This document shows positions 1 through 11,848 of a stretch of DNA of 64,000 bases, in pieces (within the stretch, counting starts at the first letter, position 1; the number at the start of each line of letters is the position of its first letter). Below the pieces are notes generated by a model that was not told where the DNA came from, made no database searches, and saw only the letters and a program-made list of their open reading frames with translations. The stretch comes from Octopus vulgaris. Taxonomy: Eukaryota. The stretch is from assembly GCA_951406725.2 (NCBI GenBank), contig OX597822.1, forward strand, positions 115,134,001-115,198,000, in the 5' to 3' direction. A program made the translations under genes and the position numbers.

Positions 1-282
1 ATACACATACACAACACACACAAACGCGCGCGCATATATATTCAATTGAACACGCGCTCGCACGCACATATGTGTGTGTATGTGTATTCGTGTGTTTCTC
101 TATGAGTATATCGTTGTGTATTCATATATTCATATTGGTACGTACTAATATGTATATTTATCTACGCACTTAAATCGCTCATGCGTGTATGATGCAAACC
201 TCATGCATTCTTAGACATTCATATTATCAGACTTTTCCCGGTCTCCCGATATGTATGACAAGTACCCATTTTGCACTTGTAA

Positions 283-313
<31 letters not shown>

Positions 314-1039
314 CACACACGCGCGAGCGCTCAAAAATATACTTGTACACATATACCTATTAAACACATACGAGTTCTCAATCACACAGACACATACGCA
401 TACTCATACATATTATACACATACATGATATACATACATACATACATACATGTAAGTGGCGCATATAATACATTCATTCAAGGCACACAAAACTCCCGCA
501 TTATAAAAACACATTCACACAACCCATTTCCTTGTCTACAAACAACACCGTTGCCCTTCCCCGCCCAAATGATTATAACCCATCTCCACCCTTGTCTACG
601 CAAGCCACCCCATTCTCAACCCTCCCGCACCTCAGCATTATTCACCCGCTATTAACCCCCTCCCACCCTCCTACCATACTCCAATCATGAATAGCCCCTA
701 TGCATTCATACATTTGTCCTGGCCTTCTCCCCAGCCTCGTTCTCCCGCTTTCTAACTACCACTCCCTCTCTTAAACTCTCTCCCACTAATTTTTTTCCCT
801 CCTTGAAAACTTTAGCCCCTTTCTCCACTCTCTCTCTCTCTCTCTAGCAACCTATATCTCTATATACTTCCCCCACCACCACCACCCAACCTCCGTACGG
901 CCAATCTCAGAAGGTTGCTCTGACGCCCTCCCCGCCACCCGGTCCTCCACCGATGTTTCAACCGTTATAAGTCGTACATTAATTATTTCACTCAATCTAC
1001 CACGAATCAACGAAAAGCGATCAGTCATGCACGTAATAT

Positions 1040-1520
1040 GGCGGCTCTCGACCACCACCACCATCGCCGCCACCTCCAGTACTACTGTAGCAATCACCCC
1101 CACCGTCACGATCATCATCACCACCACCATTCCAACAACCATCGCCATCATCATCATTCTCGACTATCATCATTCTCGACTACCACACAATCCCCACCGC
1201 CACACAATCCCCACCGCCACCATCACCGCAACCACCATCGCTATCAGCACCACCACCACCACCACCACTATCACTACCACCATGATCACAGCACCATCGC
1301 CGCAAACACCATCATCACCGCTACCAACATCACAACCATCACCATCATCATCATTACCTCCACAACCAACACTACCACCACCGCTGTCACTACCACTACC
1401 TGCACCATCACTGCCGCCTTCATCTTTATTACCATCACCACCACCACCACCACCACCACCACCACCACTACCTCCACAATCACACTCATTTCTACATCTG
1501 CTTACACACCACTACCATCA
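1040..1520. repeat. Degenerate (CAC/ACC)n trinucleotide low-complexity tract
   Basis: Runs of accaccacc/atcacc; gives poly-T/H/P pseudo-ORFs in several frames. Confidence 0.9.
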
Positions 1521-1521
1521 T

Positions 1522-1735
1522 TTCTTATTTCTGTATTGCCCACAAGGGGCTAAACATAGAGGGGACAAACAAGAACAAAGGGATTAAGTCGATTACATTG
1601 ACCACAGTACGTAACTGGTACTTAATTTATCGACCCCGAAAGGATGATCTCGGCGGAATTTGAACTCAGAACGTAACGGCAGACGAAATTCTGCTAAGCA
1701 TTTCGCCCGGTGTACTAACGTTTCTACCAGCTCCT
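1522..1735 (-). mobile_element. tRNA-headed SINE, family A
   Basis: Reverse complement matches the family sequence seen intact at 30925 (ggcggcgagctggcagaaacg...gagttcaaattccgccgaggtcgactttgcctttcatc); B-box-like GAGTTCAAATT; more than 15 copies in the window. Confidence 0.85.
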
Positions 1736-1914
1736 CGCCGCCATCATCTCCACCACCATCGACACCACCAACACCTCCAATATTATTAATAGCACGATAC
1801 GCACCGCCATCGCACCCACCATCATTACCACCACCACTAACTATAACAGCAACGTCAGCAGTGCAATGTTCGGCGTCGTAACGAATCTCGCAGTTCGCCG
1901 TGTTACAAATAATC

Positions 1915-2340
1915 TTTTCTACAATATGAACAAGGCCGGAAATTTTCTGAGGAAGGGGATAGTCGCTTACATCGAGCTCAGGGCTCCGATGGTACTTATT
2001 TTATCGACCCCGAAAGGGGAAACGACAAAGTTGCCCTCAAAGGCATTTGAAAAGACGAACGAAATACCGCTATGCATTTTGTCTCGCATGTTAACAGTTC
2101 TGCCAGCTCCCCTTGTAACAAATAATCTTTTCTATTAAAGGCATAAGACCTGAAAGTTGGGGGAAGGGTATAGTTGATTACATCGACCCCAGTGCACCAA
2201 TGGTAATTATTTTATCGACCACGGAAGGATGAAAGACTAAGTCAACTTCGATGGAATTAGAACTCGAAACATAGAAAACGGACGAAATACTGCTAAGCAT
2301 TTTGTCCAACATTTTGTCCAATTCTACCAGTTGACCTTAT
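1915..2340 (-). mobile_element. Two tandem family A SINEs
   Basis: Two diverged copies of tacatcgaccc...tttatcgaccccgaaag...gacgaaatac...ctgccagct, separated by acaaataatcttttcta. Confidence 0.8.
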
Positions 2341-2837
2341 TACAAATAATAGTCGCTTATATATCGAGTAAGATACACTGTTACGATAGGAAAAGGGGGA
2401 CAGAATCGCCTACTGGAATCATACAATGTACCTGTCATATAGCGACAGGACGTGACAATTGTAAGACCAAAACGACCTCACAACTTTTAACCGCCGAAAG
2501 TAGAAGCTTTAACGGGACAAGGTAGGAAATACTACCACCAGCACAACCACCACCTATACTACAATAGCTACTAATATCGCTCCACCACCACTCACTATCT
2601 CTACCAATAATATTACAATCAGAAGCACCAGTACAGCATCTCGATGACCACAAATATTCTCCCATCTACTTTCACCATTACGAACACCCCCTAACGGTAG
2701 AAATAGCAGCTAAATACCGTCTAAGCCAGTTATTTTCAACTGGGTTTCATAAGACCCTTGGGGTCCAAATAAAATTTAGTCGTTAAAAAATTATGTGCAA
2801 TAAATCGAATATAATTCTTCAAAACACAAAATATGAT

Positions 2838-3402
2838 TACGTGTAGATTCATCGTCATCAATTCACCTTGAAAGCTGACCGTGCGGAAATTTCGTCACGA
2901 GAAAAGTTTACTGAGAAAATATATCCATAGTAAAGGGAAAAACAACAAGTTTTAAATGTCTGAGCGAGAAATATGTAGTAACAGTACCGAGCAGTAAAGT
3001 GTATTTGCCATCTCAATGTGGCAGTCGTACACAGGACAATGTTACTACTTTTTAGCCCCAGGAAAACATCTTTTCCAGCTGGCTAGCGACACATGGTCTG
3101 TGTCTGCATAATGTGAGCATTGCTAAGGTTAGAAAGGGAGCAATAAACTCCCTTGCTCACATTATGTGGACACAGACCATGTGTCGCTAGCCAGCTGGAA
3201 AAGATGTTTTCCTGGGGCTAAAAATAGTAACATCGTCCTGTGTACGACTGCCACGTTGAGATGGCAAATAAACTTTACAATATCCAAAGTATTTCACCAT
3301 TTATAGTTAAAAACTATTTTATTGAAAAAATAAAAAAGAAAAGGTGAATTGCTGACGGTGAACTTTTCCTGCGATGAATTGCTGACGGTGTACTTACAGG
3401 AC
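2838..3402. mobile_element. Non-autonomous TIR element (middle layer)
   Basis: ttcatcgtcatcaattcacc (2848-2867) is the inverse of ggtgaattgctgacggtgaa (3343-3362), which recurs at 3373-3390. Confidence 0.55.
2994..3278. mobile_element. Palindromic (foldback) MITE
   Basis: About 125-bp arms (2994-3119, 3154-3278) are near-perfect reverse complements; the short spacer holds the hairpin aagggag-caataaa-ctccctt. Confidence 0.85.
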
Positions 3403-3699
3403 ATGACGAAATGCTTTTCATAATGTTTTATACAATTACTTATAATATTTAATTATAAACATGCGAGTGAAATAGCAATTAAGGGGTCCCTAAGTTAAAT
3501 ATATTTGAGAACCTCTACTCAAAGCAGCTTCTTGAAATCTTAACAAATGCACATTGCGCGTTACGTAACGTCGCCAGAAATGACGCGATAGCCATGGTTG
3601 GAATACTTTAATTTATATATCAGCTCATTAAGGGCTGACTTGTGATTAAACGACAGAATCATTATAATCGCAGTTACCACTAAACACAAAATATTCACC

Positions 3700-4330
3700 A
3701 ATTTCACCACCACTGGGGCCTACAACGTTAATACCACTGTTACCAGCAATACGACTACCAACACCACAATCACTACCACCACTATTATCAACAATAACAC
3801 TACTAACATCAGCACTACCCACAACACTGCCAACACCACCATTGCCACTCTCACTACATCTACTACTACCAAAACACCACTAATACTATCTCCTCTGTAA
3901 CCATCGTTAACACAAACACAGAAATCACCACTACTATTATTACTACCACCGTTGTTATCAACCTCATCAACACTACTACTACTACTACTAACAACCCCAC
4001 CCTACTATCATCGCCACCATTATCAGCAGGGCTACAGCCCCACTACCACTACTGCCGCGAACAACAAAACCTTCAAGACTACCGCCACTACCAAAAACAA
4101 CACCACCAGCAGTGCCATTAACAACACTCCACCAACAATCCCATTACTACCACAGCTACTTCTGCCTCTTCCATAAGTACCACCATCATTTACCCCTGCC
4201 ACAACAAACAACATTACGAGTACCATCTTCATCACCAATTCCATCGGCTCCACAGCAATCACTATTTCTCTTACCACCATCACCAAGCAACATAACCACC
4301 ATCGACAACACCACCAGAACCACCTCCAAT
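3700..4330. repeat. Degenerate (ACC/ACT/AAC)n low-complexity tract
   Basis: Triplet-biased C/A-rich sequence. Confidence 0.8.
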
Positions 4331-4764
4331 AAAATTAGGAGCAATGCTTCATCAGCAGTGCTCTTAATATGCCGTTGTTAATCAGCGGCATATTCTCTAA
4401 CAGCGATAATCGTTTGTTTTTTATCCAAATGATATTATCACTCCGCTCCCGTTTCCTCCTCCCGTGCGGCAACTATTTGAATACCATTAGCACCTTAACG
4501 AACCTGTCTGCCTTTTCACTCTCTTCAGGTGTCTGCAGTTTCTTTCATCTAGAATCTAAAGAAAATATCTCAGATTATGATCTCTGAACACTTCAGAAGC
4601 ATTTTGTGAGGAAGTTATTCATACATATAGGTGCAGACATAGAATTGAAGGTTAAGATTATCCTGACTTACAGTTTACAGTTGATGCTGTGACCAAAGTT
4701 TTCCAAATTGCCTGTCTGCGCACTTTTATGCTAAAATTAATTTATCTTGAACTATTGTATAATC

Positions 4765-5155
4765 GGAGATGTACTTGCATAGCAAGTGATCTGATCTGAG
4801 ATCGTGTGCTGGAAAGAAAACAATTGCAGCGTGGAAGGTGTTTATAAGCCATTTAAGAAACACATAAAAACGGTTAGATTCACTTCAACCATTTAAATTT
4901 AATTTGCCAAAATATTTTCGTCGCTTTGAGACCGCGACCTGTTCACTGACAAAATTCCGTGCTGCATCTCTGAATTTTGTCAGTGAACAGTGCTAACAAT
5001 GTCAATGCTGCAGCACGGAATTTTATCAGTGAACAAGATCGCGGTCTCAAAGCAACAAAAGTATTTCGACAAATTAAACTTAAATGTTGAAGTGAATCTA
5101 ACGTTTTTTGTGTGTTTCTTAAATGGTTTATAAACACCTTCCACGCTGCAATTGT
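4765..5155. mobile_element. Fold-back insertion, probably inverted Penelope-like pLTRs
   Basis: Arms 4819-4966 and 5009-5156 are inverted; flanked by the 12-bp direct repeat tattgtataatc (4753-4764, 5156-5167); arms carry a hammerhead-shaped motif. Confidence 0.7.
4903..4953 (-). ncRNA. Minimal type I hammerhead-like motif, G3-C8 core
   Basis: UUUGUCA GUGAACA G GUCGC ggucucaaa GCGAC GAAA AUAUUU UGGCAAA: 7-bp stem I, 5-bp stem II, palindromic stem III (AAAAUAUUUU). Confidence 0.55.
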
Positions 5156-5256
5156 TATTGTATAATCAGTTCGTTCAATAAAATAGTTGCAGCATATCGT
5201 TTGCGACAAACTATGTAAGGAACAGCTTTCATATAAATAGTGTTAGAAGTAATCCT

Positions 5257-5655
5257 TTCCGAAATAGAAAGAAGGCCTGAAATTTGGGGGAGAAGAGGCA
5301 AGTCGATTAGCTCGACCCCAGCGTTCAACTGTTACTTCATTTATCGACCCCGAAAGAATAAAAGGCCAAGTTGGATTCGGTGGCATTTGATCTCAGAGCG
5401 TAAAGACAGACGAAAAGTCGCTAAGCATTTTGATCGGCGTGCTAACGATTCTCTCAGTTCAGTGTAATACAAATAAAATAAAGACTGAGATTTCCTGGGA
5501 AGGTGTCTCGATGCTCGGCTGGTATTTATTTTATCAACCACGAAAAGATGAGAATCAAAGTCGACCTCGACAGAATTTGAGCTCAGAAAATAAAGACGGA
5601 TGAAATATCGCTAAGCATTTTGTCCGGCGTGCTAACGATTCTGCCAGCTTGCCGT
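5257..5655 (-). mobile_element. Two tandem family A SINEs
   Basis: Two copies of tttatcgaccccgaaag...gctaagcattttg...cgtgctaacgattct. Confidence 0.8.
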
Positions 5656-6494
5656 GTTACAAATGATAGTATCTGATATCGGGTAAAAAAGACTTTCACG
5701 AAAGAAAAGTGAACACTGGAATCATACTATGTAACTGTCGTGTACCGAGCAACCACTATGATTGTAAGAACAAAACGACCGCACAAATTTCAACCACTAG
5801 AAGTAGAAGCTTTAACTGACCAGCGCAGGGAGTACATATTTGCATATGGTTCGCTTGAAGCACTGAGAAATTTGAAACCTGGTGTTTAAGAAGTTGCAAT
5901 AATGCAATAGGAACTCCTTATATAGCTCCTTATGTATCAAGTAAAATACCTTTGACGATAAAAGTGGGAACAGAATCGAATCACAGGCCGTATATTGCAA
6001 TTGTTCTTAACCATTTCCAAGCTAATCAAGTTACAGCTTCTCTCGGGTTTGCCATTTGGCATTTCGCTTTGCTGTAATGGTTATCTCGGTTGTTCAGTAT
6101 AAGGCAGGTATGTGGCTCGATTCCTGTAGGTAATTTCGTTCTGGCTGCTTTTTGCCGTCATCAAAGTATATCGTCATCGAACCATAAGGAACTATTAATT
6201 ATAGCACCATTTGAGAAACATCTTATTTATTTTTAAATTTCTCAATGTTTCAAGTAAGTGAAACAAATAAAAGCAATTCCTCTGACTATATTTTAGTGAT
6301 ATCGAAAGTCTCCTGGGAGTTATACTGAAACGGAATATACATATATTGTCTCAAGTCCCTAAATTTTGTTGTTTCTGAATAAAGCATTGACTGAAAAAAT
6401 TCACACACACACACACGCACACACACACACACACACACACAGATGCACACACACCTATACATAGATACATACACTTATATATATATATATGTAC

Positions 6495-6525
<31 letters not shown>

Positions 6526-6528
<3 letters not shown>

Positions 6529-7452
6529 TTATCAGAACTGGAGAAGAAGTTTCAGGTGTGGAAGCATGGTTTAGAATCGAAGGGCCTTAGAGTCAACCTA
6601 GCTAAAACCAAAGTCGTAATAAGTAGGAAGGTAGACAAATCACAAACGCCTTCAGGTAGATGGCCCTGCTCGATCTGTAGAAAAGGTGTAGGTAGAAACT
6701 CTATAAGATGCACCAAGTGTAAGCTATGGACACATAAGAGGTGCAGCAATGTCATAGGAAGGCTAACTAGGAAGATGGTTTTTGTATGTGGCAGATGCTC
6801 GGGAGCATTAACCTCTGAAAATCTGCAGAAAACAACTTCCGTCACTTTCCAGGGGGAAAAACTAGAAGTAGTTGATAGCTTCCGTTATCTTGGTGACCAA
6901 GTCAATAGTGGGGGTGGGTGTGCTGAAAGTGTAACGGCTAGAGTAAGAATAGCCTGGGCAAAGTTTAGGGAGCTCTTACCTCTGTTGGTGACTAAAGGCC
7001 TCTCGCTCAGATTAAAAGGCAGACTGTATGATGCCTGTGTACGAACAGCCATGCTACATGGCAGTGGAACATGGGCCGTGACTGCTGAGGACATGCGTAA
7101 GCTCGCGAGAAATGAAGCTAGTATGCTCCGTTGGATGTGTAATGTCAGTGTTCATAGTCGACAGAGTGTAAGTACCTTGAGAGAAAAGTTGGACCTAAGA
7201 GGAATCAGATGTTGTGTGCAAGAGAGACGATTGCGCTGGTATGGTCATGTGGTGAGAATGGATGGAGATAGGTGTGTGAAAAAGTGCCACACCCTGGCAG
7301 TTGAGGGGACCTGTGGAAGAGGTAGACCCAGGAAAACCTGGGTCGAGGTGGTGAAGTACGACCTTCGAACTCTAGGTCTCACCAAGGAAATGACCAGAGA
7401 CCGAGACCTATGGAAGTATGCTGTGCGTGAGAAGACCCGGCAAGACCAGTGA
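6526..7452 (+). pseudogene. RTE reverse transcriptase C-terminal part with inserted PHD finger (5'-truncated, frame open)
   Basis: GLRVNLAKTKVV, VDSFRYLG, RIAWAKFREL, MLHGSGTW, RLRWYGHVVRM, GRGRPRKTW are RTE-type motifs; C4HC3 finger CSIC...CTKCKLWTHKRC...CGRC. Confidence 0.9.
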
Positions 7453-7499
7453 GAACAATCAAAATCAAATCATATATCAGAAAGCAGGGGTTAAGTGAC

Positions 7500-8412
7500 C
7501 CATCTGTTCGTGTCCGCTGTCAGCCTCGTCTGGCACCCGTACCGGTGATACGTAAAAGCACCATTCGCTCATGGCCGTTTGCCAGCTCTGCCTGGCCCCG
7601 TGTCGGTGGCACGTAAAAGCACCATCCGTTCGTGTTCGTTGCCAGCCTCGCCTGGCCCCGTGCCGGTGACACGTAAAAGCACCGTCCGTTCGTGGCCGTT
7701 GGCCAGCTCTGTCTGGCCCCGTGTCGGTGGCACGTAAAAGCACCATCCGTTCGTGGCCGTTTGCCAGCTCTGTCTGGCCCCGTGTCGGTGGCACGTAAAA
7801 GCACCATCCGTCCGTGTCCGTTGCCAGCATCGCCTGGCCCCGTGCCGGTGACACGTAAAAGCACCGTCCGCTCGTGGCCGTTTGCCAGCTCTGTCTGGCA
7901 ACCGTGTCGGTGGCACGTAAAAGCACCATCCGTTCGCGTCCGTTGCCAGCCTCGGCTGGCCCCCGTGCCGGTGACATGTAAAAGCACCATCCGTTCGTGG
8001 CCGTTTGCCAGCTCTGTCTGGCCCCGTGTCGGTGGCACGTAAAAGCACCATCCGTCCGTGTCCGTTGCCAGCCTCGGCTGGCCCCCGTGCCGGTGACACG
8101 TAAAAGCACCGTCCGCTCGTGGCCGTTTGCCAGCTCTGTCTGGCAACCGTGTCGGTGGCACGTAAAAGCACCATCCGTTCGCGTCCGTTGCCAGCCTCGG
8201 CTGGCCCCCGTGCCGGTGACACGTAAAAGCACCATCCGTTCGTGGCCGGTTGCCAGCTCTGTCTGGCCCCGTGTCGGTGGCACGTAAAAGCACCATCCAT
8301 TCGTGTCCGTTGCCAGCATCGCCTGGCCCCGTGCCGGTGACACGTAAAAGCACCATCCGTTCGTGGCCGTTCGCCAGCTGTCTGGCACCTGTGCAGGTGG
8401 CACGTAAAAACA
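7500..8412 (+). repeat. 15-unit 60-62 bp GC-rich tandem array with alternating A/B units in the RTE 3' UTR
   Basis: Units end ggtg(g/a)cacgtaaaagca with minor variants; order B A B A A B A B A B A B A B A. Confidence 0.95.
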
Positions 8413-8576
8413 CCCACTACACTCGCGGAGTGGTTGGCGTTAGGAAGGGCATCCAGCCGTAGAAACACTGCCAGATCTGACTGGGCCTGACGAAGCCTTC
8501 CAGCTTCACAGACCCCAGTTGACCCGTCCAACCCATGCTAGCATGGAAAGCGGACGCTAAACGATGATGATGATGA

Positions 8577-8623
<47 letters not shown>

Positions 8624-9122
8624 CATAATTTAAGCAGCAAAGACACGATACACGAAGTATTCGCAGCTGATTTTTCCTCGTCAGTCACACCATTTACCAT
8701 TGAGACCACTCAATTTTGGAGGCGCCAGAACTCTTATTAAGCTTCTGGGAAAAAGCTAGCGAATATATACCAAGACAGAAACAAACTAGACATTATATAA
8801 ATACAACAGATTAAGAATTATGCATATATAAAAGAACGAAGCCTTACGGCTATATACAAAAGGGAGAAGAGAAGAATTATACATATACCACAAATAGAAA
8901 AGAAAGAGCTTTTCTGCTATCGAACGAACTTAGTGAGGTGGCGCAAAGATGAAATGGAGAAAGTCCTAGAGTATGTAGCAGGAGCCTAGACCAGCATGAC
9001 CTGTCTGGTCAAAGGCAAGGGGAAAAGGAACAAGACTGCTTTGGCTGGACACCGGTCACGTGGTAGGAGAGAAAGAAAGTATAGTGAAGGGCAGAGGGAC
9101 TAAGAAATGAGAGAGGGAAAGA

Positions 9123-9179
<57 letters not shown>

Positions 9180-9332
9180 CACTACCAAAGGCCGGGATTG
9201 AAATTGTTCCCTATATATTGGAAGAAAATAGCAAAATACGTTGTCTAGAAATTTGTTATTCTCAATTCAATTTATTCAATTGGAATACGATTTATTCTTC
9301 CATTGGGAAGCCAATTCTGAATTCATAATACG

Positions 9333-9408
<76 letters not shown>

Positions 9409-9429
9409 TAATAATAATAAACGAAACAT

Positions 9430-10190
9430 TTTATCATATGCACAACGTTGTTCTGGAAAAAGTTTAGGTTCATGTTCATTCAGAAATGCAGCCAAACCTG
9501 TGATAATTTGTCTCTCTTGTTATGCCGCTTGAAGTTAAATTTCACACACATGACCATTTTACCCTCCTCGAATCTTGGAATGATTTGGGACCACATACTT
9601 CATGCACAAAGAGCTATAAGTCACAGCATTCTGCTTTACTTGTGAGGGGAGGACACTGTAAACTCTTGCAAGAGCATCAGCCCCTCGTTTCCTCTTGTGC
9701 CAGTTATTGTTTCTTCAGGTGTAATACTTGGGAATTGTGGGTGAAGGAGTTTTCGTATCTTCATCTACTTGACACAACTTTAAAAAGGCAGTAAGGGTAG
9801 TTTCTTTTGGAGAAAGTGCTCGTTGCAAGGCTGTTTGTTTTGTAAAGATGACCCTGTGGCCATTCTCTCGATGGACACTCAGATGAATGATGGCTGGGTG
9901 CCTCTCATGAATGGGAAAACCGAAGATGCGCCAAAAAGCCTCAATGGTACTGATGTATCTTCCTGTGTTTTTTATCTGCTGACTGCCATTCTGCATAGGA
10001 GTGTATGTTGCAGCATCTAAACCTTTGTATATTTGCAAACATACTTAATAGAATTAACAGAGTTGCAGAATTCAACATTGATTCTGGCTACCTGTACTCA
10101 TCTTTGCTTCACTGCAGAATACTGATCGTCTACATCTACCTTGATTCCTCTTGTAGAGAGTGAGAACATTGTTCTCGGAACCTTTTTGGA
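9430..10190 (-). mobile_element. Helitron Rep/helicase fragment (frameshifted)
   Basis: NVEFCNSVNSIKYVCKY, YKGLDAA, GRYISTIEAFWRIFGFPIHERHPAIIHLSVH, ETTLTAF, ARVYSVLPS, GPKSFQD are Helitron RepHel motifs. Confidence 0.9.
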
Positions 10191-10293
10191 AAGTTAAAAT
10201 AGGGATTAAATGAAAACGTGAGTTAAATGAATATCTTCACAAGAGTGATTGAAATAAATGGCGATTGTGTGTGTGTATACACACACACACACA

Positions 10294-10357
<64 letters not shown>

Positions 10358-11154
10358 TATATTATACTTAATGTATATACATTGTTGATAGTACAATTAA
10401 TGCAGTATTTAATCTGACATAAGGTTTCTTATGGACATGTGCTAAAAACAATGAATAATCGAAAGGGGCGAAAAGCTCATATACCCCTGGCTATCGAGAA
10501 CGTCAGAAATAAATCGGCCTTTTGAAATTTTTAATTGGTGCATACTCCAAGCAGGGCATACCCTTGGACGACAATTCGTCGCTTCCAATATAGGAAATAG
10601 TTAATATAAAAAATTCGCTGATGTTGTAATTACCCACTCGGCAGTATATAAAATCTGGTATGTGCAATAGAAACAGTAATAAATTAAAATAGTGTTTCAT
10701 GTATCATACTTACTTTATATATACTAAGATCGAACTGCATCAGGCCTTATCTCTGACCGCTGCTGAAATGAGTTTTCGTCCCTTCCGATATTCATTATGG
10801 TTTTAATACAGTACGTCCATAGGTGATATCATCTCAAGCCAAATATCATTTCAACTTGTCTATCGACGGTATATTTAATGTGTATAATATATAGACTTAT
10901 ATATCTATCAGTCTATGTATCTATCTGAGGCAAGTTTTGCCTAGCGAATGTTTCAAAAAAAAGATGGGTGAATGTAGGAACTATGGCACGTATGAATGAC
11001 GAAGCCACCTTGAGCATAATCCTATGAACCCGAAAAAATTTAAAAGAGAGAGAGTTACTTACTTGCAAATAAATGTGTTAACATGTGACATTAATGACCG
11101 AGGTTACTGTGGTATTTTCCGTAGGCTTTTCTTTCTATGGATAAATCTTATCTG

Positions 11155-11306
11155 CTCCCCCCTTTACACTTTACATCATGACATTTCTGTGATACACGAT
11201 CCCAATTGATCGAAAACCTACCCCACTTTTTTTCTCCCCCAAAAGAAAAGCTCTACTTTGTAATTTATCCCGTCTGTATCCAGCCCTGTGTGGCTAATAA
11301 AGAAAC
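11155..11306 (+). mobile_element. LINE 3' end (L1/Tx1-like)
   Basis: Ends ...tccagccctgtgtggctaataaagaaa (AATAAA, A-rich end) followed by microsatellite; family call from recall only. Confidence 0.4.
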
Positions 11307-11339
11307 ATATCTATCTATCAATCCATCTCTCTCTCTCTC

Positions 11340-11431
<92 letters not shown>

Positions 11432-11456
11432 TATATAGACATATATATACATATAC

Positions 11457-11487
<31 letters not shown>

Positions 11488-11568
11488 ATAATAAATATTA
11501 GGGAATAAATCCAAATTTACAGGGAAAAAATCAGATTTAGGATTAAATCCAATTTTATAGTAAAATAT

Positions 11569-11700
11569 TATATAATATTATTAGAGACAAAACCACTATT
11601 TTGCAAAACAAACAAGGAAAGACTTAATCAATACATAAAATTTTATGTATTGATTAAGTCTTTCCTTGTTTGTTTTGCAAAATAGTGGTTTTGTCTCTAA

Positions 11701-11712
<12 letters not shown>
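11569..11712. repeat. Perfect 144-bp palindrome with no spacer
   Basis: 11569-11640 is the exact reverse complement of 11641-11712 (centre aaaa|tttt). Confidence 0.95.
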
Positions 11713-11749
<37 letters not shown>

Positions 11750-11817
11750 GAAGACACTAGCCCAAGGTGCCACGCAGTGTGACTGAACCCGGAACCATGT
11801 GGTTTGTAAGGAAGCTA

Positions 11818-11848
<31 letters not shown>

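Larger units (their letters stand above)
2727..3517. mobile_element. hAT-like MITE carrying two nested insertions
   Basis: Ends cagttattttcaac / tttgagaacctcta (degenerate TIR), subterminal ggggtcc motifs at both ends, 8-bp flanks gtctaagc (2719-2726) and ctcaaagc (3518-3525) match 6/8. Confidence 0.6.
6526..8580 (+). mobile_element. 5'-truncated RTE-clade LINE
   Basis: RT C-terminal ORF, long 3' UTR, end ...acccatgctagcatggaaagcggacgctaaac plus (GAT)n tail; flanked by (TA)n on both sides. Confidence 0.9.

Noticed and set aside
189-1587. His/Thr/Pro-rich ORFs
   Set aside because: Translations of (CA)n and (CAC)n tracts; the same applies to the YIYI, HTHT, poly-N/I/L/S ORFs throughout the window.
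7500-8412. CRISPR-like array
   Set aside because: Intervening sequences are repeats of two types, not unique spacers; no cas genes; lies in a LINE 3' UTR.
7477-8531. Three ~300-aa minus-strand ORFs
   Set aside because: All three frames are open because the repeat unit lacks minus-strand stops; no sign of real coding.
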